Virus record (IMG/VR): IMGVR_UViG_3300020470_001965
Source: a virus
Strand: one strand, 5' to 3'
Length of the DNA stretch: 64,000 nucleotides
Positions 46,641-57,083 of this stretch are shown piece by piece. Position 1 is the first letter of the stretch; every line of letters begins with the position of its first letter. The position numbers and the translations under genes are program-made. Below the pieces are notes generated by a model, which saw nothing but the letters and a program-made list of their open reading frames with translations, did no database searches and was not told the DNA's origin.

Positions 46641-47498
46641 ATGTCCACAAAGATTATAGGAAATCAGATTGATGCCACTACACGTGCCATCATGGAAGCA
46701 CTGCAAGTTACAGAGCAACTGAACCTTCCTAGTCTCAACCAAACTCAAGTAACTGCATTAGGCACACCTGCCTATGGTACTTTGGTGTACAATAGTACAG
46801 AGGACATGGCGCAGATCTACAAAGCAGATGCTGCTCAAGGTGTGCCAGGTTGGACAGACGTAGGTGGAGGTGGTCCTTCAGTTGGTGAGAATAGTATCAT
46901 CAGGACTAACGGTCCTGAGATAGCAGAAAATTTAACTATAGGTCCAACTGCTAACGGTGGTGCTGAGTTTACCAACGGTTTCAGTGGAGGTCCAATAACG
47001 ATTGCAAACGGTTTCACGGTCACGGTTGAAAATGGTGCTAACTGGGTCATCATCGGTGGTGACGATATGGCAATCATGGAAGTTTCCGAAGTTATTACAG
47101 GTGATTTAACTTCGACAGGATTTTTACATTACTCAGAGACGAAAGAGAGCATAACATTTTATGATTCTTCGGGTAATATAACACACGATTTCGAGAATAA
47201 TAACACTATTTGGGTAAGAAAGACAGGTGGTGGTAACTGGACATTGAGTCTAAATAACGTTCCAGGTGACTCTGCTGGTTATGGATTTACTACTATTATA
47301 GAAGATGCAGGTGGTAACGGTATACCATCCTCTGTTAATATCAATGGTACAAATACAACAATTAACTGGGCAGGAGGGTCAGCACCAGGTCATAGCGGTG
47401 GTGAAATTTGTGTAGTTTCTTTTGCTATTATTAAAAAATCTGCAACAGGACAAAACGTCACCTATACGATATTAGGATCTGGTTCTAATTATAGTTAA
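46641..47498 (+). CDS. tail fibre-associated structural protein
   Basis: GTLVYNST, SIIRTN..I.EN.TI, GPITIA.G.TVT, WAGGSAP. Confidence 0.7.
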   Translation: MSTKIIGNQIDATTRAIMEALQVTEQLNLPSLNQTQVTALGTPAYGTLVYNSTEDMAQIYKADAAQGVPGWTDVGGGGPSVGENSIIRTNGPEIAENLTIGPTANGGAEFTNGFSGGPITIANGFTVTVENGANWVIIGGDDMAIMEVSEVITGDLTSTGFLHYSETKESITFYDSSGNITHDFENNNTIWVRKTGGGNWTLSLNNVPGDSAGYGFTTIIEDAGGNGIPSSVNINGTNTTINWAGGSAPGHSGGEICVVSFAIIKKSATGQNVTYTILGSGSNYS

Positions 47499-47507
47499 GG
47501 AGGTGAA

Positions 47508-48311
47508 GTGATGCCTAAGTTTGGAATGTCAGGACAATTTACTCCAACTTCTTCTGGACCTCGTGCGTCTGGTGGAGGTTCTGGAGGAGGCGGTGGTGGT
47601 GGAGCACCACTAGGTTCAGCATCTAATCCTGCATCCTCAGCAGCACAGATGTATAATGCTGGAGAGAGATCTTCAGGTGTATATTATATTGATCTACCCT
47701 CTGTTGGTGTCCGACAAACCTATTGTGAGATGGGTAGTGGTTGGGCAGGAGGTGGTGGATGGATGCTTGCATGGAAATGTACTAGAGGTAGTAGATTTAA
47801 CTGGAGCTCTAGTTATTGGAGTAATGCTAACACATATAATACTGGTGCTCTCAACAGAAATGATGAGGATGCCAAGTTTGATGTGTTCAACTACTACACT
47901 GCCAGTTCATTCTTAGCAATCTTCCCTGATCTAAATACTGGTGGACAGACTTCTGGATATGGTAGTGGTTGGTCTTGGTTGAAGACTGGAGAGAATAGGA
48001 CATGTTTGTCAAGATTCCAGTCACAGTCACAGATTTCAGGTAACCCACGTGGTCAGAATATGTGGCAAGGTAGTGGATTCTCATCTCAAGGTGGTTTCCA
48101 GTGGTACGGTTTCTACTATACTGGTGGTGGTCACTCATCCGAAGTTAGGTGGGGATTTGGTTGGAATAATGAAGGTGGTCCTGGATCAAATGATGTGGTA
48201 AGTGGAATTGGTACCAACCGAGCAGGTACATCAGCAGGTGATCACATCTGGTGTTGTCAAAACCATACTGGTGTAAATAGAAGTATAAGAGCAGAGATTT
48301 GGGTACGATGA
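47508..48311 (+). CDS. fibrinogen-C-like domain protein (putative receptor binding)
   Basis: NPASSA..SGVYYI..QTYCEM..GGGWML; Trp/Gly-rich. Confidence 0.72.
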   Translation: MMPKFGMSGQFTPTSSGPRASGGGSGGGGGGGAPLGSASNPASSAAQMYNAGERSSGVYYIDLPSVGVRQTYCEMGSGWAGGGGWMLAWKCTRGSRFNWSSSYWSNANTYNTGALNRNDEDAKFDVFNYYTASSFLAIFPDLNTGGQTSGYGSGWSWLKTGENRTCLSRFQSQSQISGNPRGQNMWQGSGFSSQGGFQWYGFYYTGGGHSSEVRWGFGWNNEGGPGSNDVVSGIGTNRAGTSAGDHIWCCQNHTGVNRSIRAEIWVR

Positions 48312-48571
48312 CAGTATACGAAAACTACATCGAATTTGCTAAACGTGAGATAGGAACATCCCTAGGTGCTCATGTATCTGACTATGCTAAGAAAGTTGTA
48401 GAGGAAGCAGAGAAACTCAAAGCAGGCACTATAACTAAAGATGAGTTCAGAGCAGCAACACCTTATCTCGATGATAATAACCTTGACTTAGCACATGCTA
48501 GGACTGCAAGGGATCAACGTATGGGTATCAATTATCTTAGAGATAGGATAGTAGACTGGTATCCGAACTAA
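48308..48571 (+). CDS. hypothetical protein
   Basis: ATGA-coupled ORF. Confidence 0.65.
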   Translation: MTVYENYIEFAKREIGTSLGAHVSDYAKKVVEEAEKLKAGTITKDEFRAATPYLDDNNLDLAHARTARDQRMGINYLRDRIVDWYPN

Positions 48572-48579
48572 TATAAATA
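48572..48579 (+). promoter_or_regulatory. late promoter TATAAATA
   Basis: Exact consensus upstream of the Gly-rich trio; AGGAG SD follows. Confidence 0.75.
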
Positions 48580-48601
48580 AAACAGGAGATTTAAGAGAAG
48601 C

Positions 48602-49411
48602 ATGGCACAGTTAAACGTTGGTGCTATTAAGGATTTAGGAGGTATTGGTGGATTTACCTTATCTTCTGGTGGCGTAACGGCAAACGGCACACTGAATGTC
48701 ACTAATCTTAAAGTTGATGGCACTATTTCAGGGTCGTCAAATTATCTAATTCCTAATCCGTCAGGTAATGCAAATAAGTATCTTTCTACGGATGGGTCAA
48801 ACTTAACATGGGCAGAGGTTTCAACCAATGCTGGTGTTAGGTCTATGCAAGTATGGACCTCTAACGGTACTTGGTATCGACCAAGTGGTGTTAAAACCAT
48901 CAATGTCACCGTAACAGGTGCAGGTGGAGGTGGATCTGGTTTCTGCGAATCGGGTGGTTCAGGTGGAACTGCTCAGAGACAGGTGGATGTTACTAATGTT
49001 TCATCAGTTTCAGTCTCAGTAGGAAATCCAGGTGGAGGGTCTAACTATTCAGGTTGCGGTGGCAACGGCAATACTACTAGCTTTGGCGGGTACTGTAGTG
49101 CTAGCGGAGGTTACGGAGCAAACTGTCGTCAGCAACACGCAGGTGGAATCGGTGGTAATGGATCTGGTGGGTCACTCAACGTATATGGTGGAGGAGGTAA
49201 CGGACACGGTTCTTACCACTCTTATGGTAACCATTCCTCTGGAAGAGGATATTGGGGTGGAGGTCAACCAGCGTCTCACGCTCAAAGAAACTATGGACAC
49301 CATCACCAAGGGCATGCTGCCTGGGGTGCTGGAGGAAATGGAGCAAGAGAGGGCAACAGAGGTGCTGCTGGAAGACAAGGAGTGGTCGTTATTCATGAAT
49401 ATTACGGATAA
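48602..49411 (+). CDS. Gly/His-rich fibre-tip protein, paralogue 1
   Basis: KYLSTDGSNLTW, QVWTSNGTW.RP.GV, GAGGGG, G..GVVVI.EY glycine-rich domain. Confidence 0.8.
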   Translation: MAQLNVGAIKDLGGIGGFTLSSGGVTANGTLNVTNLKVDGTISGSSNYLIPNPSGNANKYLSTDGSNLTWAEVSTNAGVRSMQVWTSNGTWYRPSGVKTINVTVTGAGGGGSGFCESGGSGGTAQRQVDVTNVSSVSVSVGNPGGGSNYSGCGGNGNTTSFGGYCSASGGYGANCRQQHAGGIGGNGSGGSLNVYGGGGNGHGSYHSYGNHSSGRGYWGGGQPASHAQRNYGHHHQGHAAWGAGGNGAREGNRGAAGRQGVVVIHEYYG

Positions 49412-49419
49412 ATACTAAC

Positions 49420-50229
49420 ATGTCACAGATTAAAGTATCATCTATAATGGATTTGACTGGTGCTAAGGGTTTCACCCTTGGTGGCGGTGGTATTGCCACG
49501 ACTGGTACTCTGACTGTTTCCAACTTGGTTATAAATGGTGAATTGTATGGAGAGTCGAATTATATAATTCCAGCACAAGGTGGTAACGCAGACAAATATA
49601 TTAAATCTAATGGCACTAACCTAGAATGGTCAGAAGTTTCTGGTGGTGCTGGTATCAGGTCCATGCAAGTCTGGACATCTAACGGGACTTGGAATAGACC
49701 AACAGGAGTTAAATCTATCATCGTAACTGTAACAGGTGCAGGTGGTGGAGGTTCAGGATATACTGAATCAGCAGGTGCAGGAGGCACCTCAGAAAGAGTA
49801 ATTGACGTAACTAATACTTCATCGGTATCAGTTTCAGTCGGCAACCCAGGTGGTGGTTCAAACTACTCAGGTTGTGGAGGCAACGGCGGTACATCTTCCT
49901 TTGGAGGTTGGTGCTCTGCTTCTGGAGGATATGGTGCTAACTGTAGGCAGCAGCATGCAGGTGGCATTGGAGGTAATGGTTCAGGTGGTAACTTGAACAT
50001 CTATGGTGGAGGTGGTAACGGTCACGGATCTCACCACTCTTACGCTAACCATACTTCAGGATCCTCAATGTATGGTAATGCACAACCTGCATCTCATGGA
50101 CAGCGGGACTATGCCCATAGGCATCAATCTCACGCAGCATGGGGATCAGGTGGTAACGGAGCACAGCACGGAGGTCGTGGTGCTAGAGGTCGTGAAGGTG
50201 TTGTCGTTGTACAGGAGTTTTACGGATGA
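49420..50229 (+). CDS. Gly/His-rich fibre-tip protein, paralogue 2
   Basis: Collinear with paralogue 1. Confidence 0.8.
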   Translation: MSQIKVSSIMDLTGAKGFTLGGGGIATTGTLTVSNLVINGELYGESNYIIPAQGGNADKYIKSNGTNLEWSEVSGGAGIRSMQVWTSNGTWNRPTGVKSIIVTVTGAGGGGSGYTESAGAGGTSERVIDVTNTSSVSVSVGNPGGGSNYSGCGGNGGTSSFGGWCSASGGYGANCRQQHAGGIGGNGSGGNLNIYGGGGNGHGSHHSYANHTSGSSMYGNAQPASHGQRDYAHRHQSHAAWGSGGNGAQHGGRGARGREGVVVVQEFYG

Positions 50230-51038
50230 GCGTTCTTAAAGTATCTGGTTGTAGAGACATTGCTGGACTTGGTGGATTCGATTTTGCCTCAGGTTCAATT
50301 ACTGCACGTTCAACCCTAAAAGTAAATGATATAAACATCAACGGAACTATTTCTGGTTCGTCCAATCACATCATACCTAGTATGAGTGGACAATCAGGCA
50401 AATTCTTGTCTACTAATGGTACCAACCTACAATGGGTACAAGGTGCTGGTGGTACGGCAGGTATGAGGTCTATGCAAGTATGGACTTCAAATGGCACGTG
50501 GAATAGACCTGCTAATTGTAGATCAATTATGGTATCTGTTACAGGTGCTGGAGGAGGCGGGTCAGGTTATACTGAATCAGCAGGTGCTGGTGGTACATCC
50601 CGTCGAGTCATTGATGTTAGCAATACATCATCAGTCTCAGTTTCAGTAGGAAACCCTGGTGGTGGTAGTAACTATTCAGGATGTGGAGGTAATGGTGGAT
50701 CATCTTCCTTCGGAAGTTGGTGCTCTGCCTCAGGTGGATATGGTGCTAACTGTCGTCAACAACACGCTGGAGGCATCGGTGGAAATGGTTCAGGTGGTAA
50801 CCTGAATGTGTATGGTGGAGGTGGTAACGGACATGGTTCGCACCACTCTTATGGAAATCACCAGTCTGGTGCATCATACATGGGTGGTGGACAACCATCA
50901 TCACACGGTCAAAGAGACTATTCTCACAGACATCAATCTCACGCAGCGTGGGGTGCTGGAGGAAACGGGGCTCAGCATGGAGGTCGTGGTGCTAGAGGTC
51001 GGGAAGGCGTAGTAGTCGTTTTTGAATACTACGGTTAA
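50226..51038 (+). CDS. Gly/His-rich fibre-tip protein, paralogue 3
   Basis: Collinear with paralogues 1 and 2. Confidence 0.8.
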   Translation: MSVLKVSGCRDIAGLGGFDFASGSITARSTLKVNDININGTISGSSNHIIPSMSGQSGKFLSTNGTNLQWVQGAGGTAGMRSMQVWTSNGTWNRPANCRSIMVSVTGAGGGGSGYTESAGAGGTSRRVIDVSNTSSVSVSVGNPGGGSNYSGCGGNGGSSSFGSWCSASGGYGANCRQQHAGGIGGNGSGGNLNVYGGGGNGHGSHHSYGNHQSGASYMGGGQPSSHGQRDYSHRHQSHAAWGAGGNGAQHGGRGARGREGVVVVFEYYG

Positions 51039-51069
51039 CTAAATAAATTTACGGAGATTTATCACTATC

Positions 51070-51492
51070 ATGGCAAAGTACGCTATTGTTAATAAAGAGA
51101 CAGGACAACTGTCAGACATCTGTGACGAGGCAGATAAGTTTGATATCTATGAAGGTGCGGACGCAACTATGAAGTGGTGTGAAGTACCTGATGATACAAC
51201 TTATGAGCACTCTATGATTAATGGAGTCATTGTTCACAGGGACGATACAGAAGATTTAAGAATCAACAAGGAACTTGAAAGGTTGAATGCTTATGGTGAC
51301 ATAGGTAATCAATTAGATATGCAATATAAAGACGCTATTAATGGTACTAATACATGGAGAGACCATGTTGCTAATGTCAAATCATCTATAGCAGCACCAA
51401 GCACTATTGCAGAATTTGTAGAAGATCCTAAAAAGGTACAACTCGAAGGAAGAGCAGCATGGGATCCATGGGTTGACAACTGGGTGCCATAG
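51070..51492 (+). CDS. tail fibre assembly chaperone-like protein
   Basis: R..AY..IGNQLDMQY.D...GT..W..H...VK...P. Confidence 0.7.
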   Translation: MAKYAIVNKETGQLSDICDEADKFDIYEGADATMKWCEVPDDTTYEHSMINGVIVHRDDTEDLRINKELERLNAYGDIGNQLDMQYKDAINGTNTWRDHVANVKSSIAAPSTIAEFVEDPKKVQLEGRAAWDPWVDNWVP

Positions 51493-51501
51493 TCATATAA
51501 T
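51473..51501 (+). promoter_or_regulatory. consensus sigma70 promoter for halogenase/oxygenase block
   Basis: TTGACA(51473)-17 nt-TATAAT(51496). Confidence 0.85.
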
Positions 51502-51521
51502 ACATTTGGTCGTATTTTATT

Positions 51522-52958
51522 ATGAAGGTTGTTATTGTTGGTGGCGGTAGTGCTGGATGGATGTCCGCATGTACCCTCATTAAAGCATTTCCTGATTGGG
51601 ATATTACTCTCTACGAGTCTCCCAATGTACCATCTGTTGGGGTAGGAGAATCTACAACACAATTCTTTAGACTGTGGACTCACTTCCTTGGATTAAAGGA
51701 TTCGGAGTGGATGCCGTCTTGTGATGCCACGTATAAGTGTAGTGTAAGGTTCCACAATTTTCACAAACAAAACGACACGCCTTGGCAGTATCCATTTGGA
51801 TTGCCAAGGCAATCTATTTGCAACCCAGATGAGTGGTTATATTATAGTTCCAAGCAAGGATGGGGTAGAGATAAATTTGCTAGGGACTATTGGTTATCAG
51901 CAGAAGCAATTCACAACAATAAAATACCAGTCGGTCACGTTGGATTTGATTTCAATCGTGAGACTGGTTTTCATTTTGATGCTGTTAAGTTTGCTCATTG
52001 GTTGAGAGATAATTATGCTAAACCAAGAGGTGTTAAGCATAAGGTAGAGCATGTTAATAAATTTAACATGGAGTCTGCTGACCTATACTTTGACTGCACT
52101 GGATTTAGGTCACTATTAAATAATTCACTGTGGGTAGATTATAGTCATTACCTACCAAATAATAGAGCATGGGTAACTAGACTACCATACACTGATAAGA
52201 AGACACAGATTAAAGCAGTAACAGATTGCACTGCATTGTCCTCTGGATGGGTCTGGAACGTCCCAACATGGGATAGAATAGGTACAGGATATAATTTCTG
52301 TAGTAAGTATATTTCAGAGCAGGATGCACTCAATGAGTTCAAAGAATACTTGGGTGTAGACCATGACGATTTCAGGATGATCAGTTATAATACAGGTCGT
52401 AGAAGTGAAATCTGGAATGGTAATGTCATTAGTATCGGATTGTCTGGTGGTTTCATTGAACCATTGGAATCCAATGGTCTATTATCTGTACATGAGTTTC
52501 TATTAAACTTTGTCAGAGTCATGGATACGAGGACACATGTCACTCAATTCATGAGAGATACATTTAATAATCATTGTAACTTTAGTTTCGATGGTTTCTC
52601 ATCATTCGTAGGACTACACTATGCATTGACACAGAGAGATGACTCACCATACTGGAAGGCAGTTAGTGAGATTAGATATCCATTGAAGCAGGGTTTACAT
52701 TATAATATGTTCCAGAATTGTCAGATAACATTCATGGAAGAGTCACACAACCTTGAGAGTAAAATCAACTGGGCATTTGGTGATTCACTATGGTGTGTCA
52801 TGGCAGGTCATGGATGGAATCCATTTACTCAACCTATTTACAATACTATTGCTATGTGGGATACTGAACCACCTGACTATTCTGTACCACCTTGGGAGGG
52901 TATAGATAGTTTACCAACACCTTATGAATATTATATGAGAGGGATGTATGCAAGTTGA
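51522..52958 (+). CDS. flavin-dependent halogenase
   Basis: GGGSAG, GVGEST, ATYK, WVWNVP, FIEPLESNG. Confidence 0.92.
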   Translation: MKVVIVGGGSAGWMSACTLIKAFPDWDITLYESPNVPSVGVGESTTQFFRLWTHFLGLKDSEWMPSCDATYKCSVRFHNFHKQNDTPWQYPFGLPRQSICNPDEWLYYSSKQGWGRDKFARDYWLSAEAIHNNKIPVGHVGFDFNRETGFHFDAVKFAHWLRDNYAKPRGVKHKVEHVNKFNMESADLYFDCTGFRSLLNNSLWVDYSHYLPNNRAWVTRLPYTDKKTQIKAVTDCTALSSGWVWNVPTWDRIGTGYNFCSKYISEQDALNEFKEYLGVDHDDFRMISYNTGRRSEIWNGNVISIGLSGGFIEPLESNGLLSVHEFLLNFVRVMDTRTHVTQFMRDTFNNHCNFSFDGFSSFVGLHYALTQRDDSPYWKAVSEIRYPLKQGLHYNMFQNCQITFMEESHNLESKINWAFGDSLWCVMAGHGWNPFTQPIYNTIAMWDTEPPDYSVPPWEGIDSLPTPYEYYMRGMYAS

Positions 52959-54549
52959 ATCTATTACTATTGTCGGTGGTGGATCATCAGGATGGATGAC
53001 AGCAGCACTGTTATCTAAAGTATTCCCAGACATGCAGATTGCTCTGATAGAATCAGAGAAAGTTAAGAGGATAGGTGTAGGTGAGTCAACACTAGGACAT
53101 TTCAACAGGTTCCTTCGTAGGTTGGACCTTAATGATAAGGACTGGATGCCTAAGTGTAATGCCACCTATAAGACATCTATTGCATTTAAGAATTGGAGAG
53201 ATGGTAGGAATGAGAGGTTCCAATATCCATTTGGTAACTTTGATTTGTTCAATGACTATAAAGGGACACCAGTAACATTCTTTGAGTTACAGTCTGTCTA
53301 TGGTGATAAATTATATCCTAATGATGAGTTTGCAAGGTATGTTAATCATCAGACATTCTTAGCAGAGAATTGTAGGTTACCTATGCCTGATGAGCAGAAT
53401 AATAGGAAGGTAGGTAATTTTGTATTTGATGATGACACAGCATATCATTTTGATGCTGACCTATTTGGTGAGTATCTCAGAGATGAGATAGCACTACCTA
53501 ATGGTGTGGTACACATCAAGGGTGATGTTGAGCAGGTAATGAAGAGACCTGATGGTTCTATATCAGCAGTAGTAACACAAGAAGGTGCAGCAGTACAATC
53601 TGATTTGTATGTTGATTGCACAGGGTTTAAATCTCTATTACTTGAGCAGCACATGGGTGTGCCGTTTAAATCATTTAAAGATAAACTATTTAATGACAGA
53701 GCAATAGCAACACAGATAGATTATACTGATATCAATAGTCAGTTACAGAACTATACTGACTGTGTAGCACATGATAATGGTTGGTGTTGGAATATACCAT
53801 TGTGGAATAGAGTTGGTGCTGGTTATGTATACTCTAGTGACTATCTTGATGACCAGCAAGCACTGCTAGAATTCAAGAGATATTTAAGTGACCGTTATTC
53901 GCCTGAAAATGTCCAGAAATGCCAGTTCAAACCCATTAAGATGAGGCATGGTAAGCATGAGAAGGCATGGTGTAAGAATGTTATTGGTATTGGTCTAGCA
54001 TATGGTTTCTTAGAACCATTAGAGTCTACTGGATTGATGACCACACATGAGTCTGCTATACTATTAGCAGATGGATTAGCAAGGAGACATGGATTTATAT
54101 CAAAGGTTGATATAGATACATTTAATTTCGTGACAAATAATATGATGGAGGCAATGAAGAATTTCATTGTTATGCACTATACATTGTCACAACGTACCGA
54201 TACAAAGTATTGGAGAGATTGTCTTGATGTTGAAATGGATGACGGTGGACATCTATGTGAATCTGATAGAATAGCAATGAAACTGGTCTGGGCAATCCTA
54301 GATAGTCTTGACGGTGGAGCATTCCAGAATTCTGGATACACTGGACAGATGTATATTGCTGCTGGTATGGGTTGGAGACCTATTACTGAGGGATTATATA
54401 AAGAACGTGCCTCATTCTCTGGTAGTTCTAATCATCCAGATTTAGATGAGTGTCACGATATGTGGCAGAAAGATAAGAAGAGTATTATGGAGTGGGTCAA
54501 CAGACAACCAACGCATTATGAATATCTTAAAAAATATATTTACAACTAA
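52948..54549 (+). CDS. flavin-dependent halogenase
   Basis: GGGSSG, GVGEST, ATYK, WCWNIP, FLEPLESTG. Confidence 0.93.
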   Translation: MQVESITIVGGGSSGWMTAALLSKVFPDMQIALIESEKVKRIGVGESTLGHFNRFLRRLDLNDKDWMPKCNATYKTSIAFKNWRDGRNERFQYPFGNFDLFNDYKGTPVTFFELQSVYGDKLYPNDEFARYVNHQTFLAENCRLPMPDEQNNRKVGNFVFDDDTAYHFDADLFGEYLRDEIALPNGVVHIKGDVEQVMKRPDGSISAVVTQEGAAVQSDLYVDCTGFKSLLLEQHMGVPFKSFKDKLFNDRAIATQIDYTDINSQLQNYTDCVAHDNGWCWNIPLWNRVGAGYVYSSDYLDDQQALLEFKRYLSDRYSPENVQKCQFKPIKMRHGKHEKAWCKNVIGIGLAYGFLEPLESTGLMTTHESAILLADGLARRHGFISKVDIDTFNFVTNNMMEAMKNFIVMHYTLSQRTDTKYWRDCLDVEMDDGGHLCESDRIAMKLVWAILDSLDGGAFQNSGYTGQMYIAAGMGWRPITEGLYKERASFSGSSNHPDLDECHDMWQKDKKSIMEWVNRQPTHYEYLKKYIYN

Positions 54550-55405
54550 AAAACCTTGGGTAAGGTGGTACTCTGTTGATCCAGGTGTCAGTGACTTGCA
54601 TCCTTGGTTTCCTGCACGTAAGTTGCATAGGAAATGGAGGACACAAGCACTAAAGGATCAAGGTGATAGGAATAGTGAAGAGCGTAGGTGTCCTTATCTT
54701 AAAGCATCACGCATGTGGGATAGACTAGCGACTGAGATGAGAGGAGAATCTAAACCTCAACCACAAAATTATACTCATGGGGTCACATGTCCTGCTGTTA
54801 CTAAAGTGATGGACACAGGGTACATTCTGCCCCTTCCTGCCGATATACTCATACAGACAGATGGTAGTGGTGTCAATTTTGAATGGATGTCACAGGCATT
54901 ATTTAATTATGGACAGAATTATGTTAAGGCACATATACCTGACCAGACTACAGGTATGAGAGAGACATTTAATAGACCAGTATTAGATTGGACTATTAAA
55001 TTAGAGTTACCTTGGAGAGTGCAGGCACATAAGGATGTAGTATTCATGCAGATGCCTATACCATACTGGGAGGAGGATAGATTCTCAGTACCTACAGGTA
55101 TTGCTGACCCTTCATACTCTTATGAGATTAATCTACAGTTATTCTGGCATAAGGTTGAGGCAGGTGAGTATCTATTGAAAGCAGGTACACCACTATGTCA
55201 GTGGGTACCCATGCATCGAGATTTCTTGACAATGAAAGATTGGAATGTTATGATAGAGACTGCTAATGATGCAGACCAGGAGAATAATCAAATTATGGAG
55301 TATCAGAGGAGGAAGAACTTTCTCGAAACTAATAACTTGAAAGAGCGTATAGAATTACAGAAGGATATTCTGAAACTAAATAAAAACATCGAGAGGTTTA
55401 ATTAA
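54518..55405 (+). CDS. hypothetical protein (possibly DUF6065/dUTPase-like beta fold)
   Basis: TCPA....TGYILP.P.D, LPW, GIAD, EIN, KAGTPLCQ.VP; start reassigned to ATG 54518. Confidence 0.6.
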   Translation: MNILKNIFTTKKPWVRWYSVDPGVSDLHPWFPARKLHRKWRTQALKDQGDRNSEERRCPYLKASRMWDRLATEMRGESKPQPQNYTHGVTCPAVTKVMDTGYILPLPADILIQTDGSGVNFEWMSQALFNYGQNYVKAHIPDQTTGMRETFNRPVLDWTIKLELPWRVQAHKDVVFMQMPIPYWEEDRFSVPTGIADPSYSYEINLQLFWHKVEAGEYLLKAGTPLCQWVPMHRDFLTMKDWNVMIETANDADQENNQIMEYQRRKNFLETNNLKERIELQKDILKLNKNIERFN

Positions 55406-55848
55406 TGGCAGACAATACATCCATAAGGCAGAAGAGTACTACTACTCCTGCTATTGCAAAACAATTGAATGATCCATCTGAGGTTACTGAGGTAGATCTT
55501 AAAGAGATTGCAGGTCTTGAGGTAAAAGAAGAGAAACCATTGGAAGAGGGTCAACTAATTACATTTGATCAACTTACAATGAATTTCTTGCAGCAGCATC
55601 ACGATACTATGGAAGAGTACGTTAAACTGCAAGAGGCATTAGATAATATGCACTATACTAGTACTATTACTAGAATATCATTAGAAGACTTACAAGATAA
55701 GAAAGACCATCTTAATAAGTTGACTGGTGCTATTGAAGCAATGGCATTATATAAGAAGCATGTAGATCCTAACTGCACTGATAGAGATTTCGTATTTAAT
55801 GATGAAGACAACACTCCTGTTCCCGACACCACTGTGGACTCTGAATAA
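55405..55848 (+). CDS. hypothetical coiled-coil protein
   Basis: TAATG-coupled 147-aa ORF. Confidence 0.65.
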   Translation: MADNTSIRQKSTTTPAIAKQLNDPSEVTEVDLKEIAGLEVKEEKPLEEGQLITFDQLTMNFLQQHHDTMEEYVKLQEALDNMHYTSTITRISLEDLQDKKDHLNKLTGAIEAMALYKKHVDPNCTDRDFVFNDEDNTPVPDTTVDSE

Positions 55849-56479
55849 AGTAGGTTGTACTAAAGAACCTCTCTTAGAGTTTATCAGACATGTACAGAAG
55901 GAAGACCCCAATGGTCGCATCTCATCTAATGAGGGTGGATGGCAGTCGTGGGACTTCATGGAAGATATATGCGACACTAATCCATTAAAAGAATTAAAAG
56001 ATATCATCATGCGTCATGCTTATGCAGTGTGTGATGAATGGTCATTTAAAGATTATAGTCTTAAGATGACTAACCTATGGATTAATGTGAATAAGAAAGG
56101 AAATTATAATATAGTTCATACACATCCAGGTAGTGTATTATCTGGAGTTTATTATGTTGATCTACCAAAGTGTTGCCATGGTCCTCTTACATTTCTTAAA
56201 CCATTTGAACAGATACACTTGAAGGAAGCATGGGGATGTAATGCAAACTTCAATAGAGCACATCATAATGATTATAATGATGATGAGTTAGATCATTATC
56301 CTGAAGAGGATGACTTGTTATTCTTTCCATCATGGTTGATGCATAGGGTGCATCAGAATAGTAGTGATGAGGATAGGATATCTATATCATTTAATATATC
56401 AGCATACTCACGACATTATTATGGAATTTATCCAAGCGAAGGAAATAGTAACAAAAACGTACCTATCAAGGTTAAATGA
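55799..56479 (+). CDS. 2OG-Fe(II) oxygenase (TIGR02466-like)
   Basis: LFPTP, SNEGGWQS, WINVN, HTHP..LSGVYY, FPSWLMH, RISISFN. Confidence 0.88.
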   Translation: MMKTTLLFPTPLWTLNKVGCTKEPLLEFIRHVQKEDPNGRISSNEGGWQSWDFMEDICDTNPLKELKDIIMRHAYAVCDEWSFKDYSLKMTNLWINVNKKGNYNIVHTHPGSVLSGVYYVDLPKCCHGPLTFLKPFEQIHLKEAWGCNANFNRAHHNDYNDDELDHYPEEDDLLFFPSWLMHRVHQNSSDEDRISISFNISAYSRHYYGIYPSEGNSNKNVPIKVK

Positions 56480-57083
56480 TTTAGTATCAGGTATGAATGG
56501 ATTTCCTTGGTATTTTTTATCAGAGGATGTTGCCATTGATACCACTGGATATAAATTTGGTGGTGATGAGATACTTGAAATACCTGATAGACAGAAATCA
56601 TGTGGTTTCACTCATCTTTTATTAGATCAAGGGGGTGTAGAGAGTCCTTTCTTACCCTATTTTTATGGACTACTTGATAACGTTAAGGACATGTTTGGTG
56701 TACCTGTTGAGATATTTCGTTTAAGATTAGCGTTGCAGTTGAATAATGGTAATGACCATCACAACGCACCACATACTGACAGTGAACAAGACCACTATGC
56801 TGGTCTATTTTATTTTCATGATTCATCTGGTGAAACAGTATTCTTTGATCAGTATGATGATCCCAATAGTGGTACCATAGATGATAGATGGTTGAGAGGT
56901 AGACAGCAGCAATATACTGAGTGGAAGCGTGTAACACCTGAAGCAAATAAGTTTGTATTCTTTAATGGTCACAGATATCATGCTTCATCAAATCCTACTA
57001 CTAATCCTTGGAGGGTAGTATTAAACTTTAATATCAAATCAGATTATGATCTCTTCGCTGCTTACGAAACTAACAACAACTAA
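56421..57083 (+). CDS. 2OG-Fe(II) oxygenase
   Basis: FPWY, PHTD, DSSGETVFF, FNGHRYHASSNP, RVVLNFN. Confidence 0.82.
   Translation: MEFIQAKEIVTKTYLSRLNDLVSGMNGFPWYFLSEDVAIDTTGYKFGGDEILEIPDRQKSCGFTHLLLDQGGVESPFLPYFYGLLDNVKDMFGVPVEIFRLRLALQLNNGNDHHNAPHTDSEQDHYAGLFYFHDSSGETVFFDQYDDPNSGTIDDRWLRGRQQQYTEWKRVTPEANKFVFFNGHRYHASSNPTTNPWRVVLNFNIKSDYDLFAAYETNNN

Noticed and set aside
48602-51038. Diversity-generating retroelement or invertible cassette
   Set aside because: Differences are mostly synonymous rather than adenine-specific; no reverse transcriptase, invertase or inverted repeats in the window.
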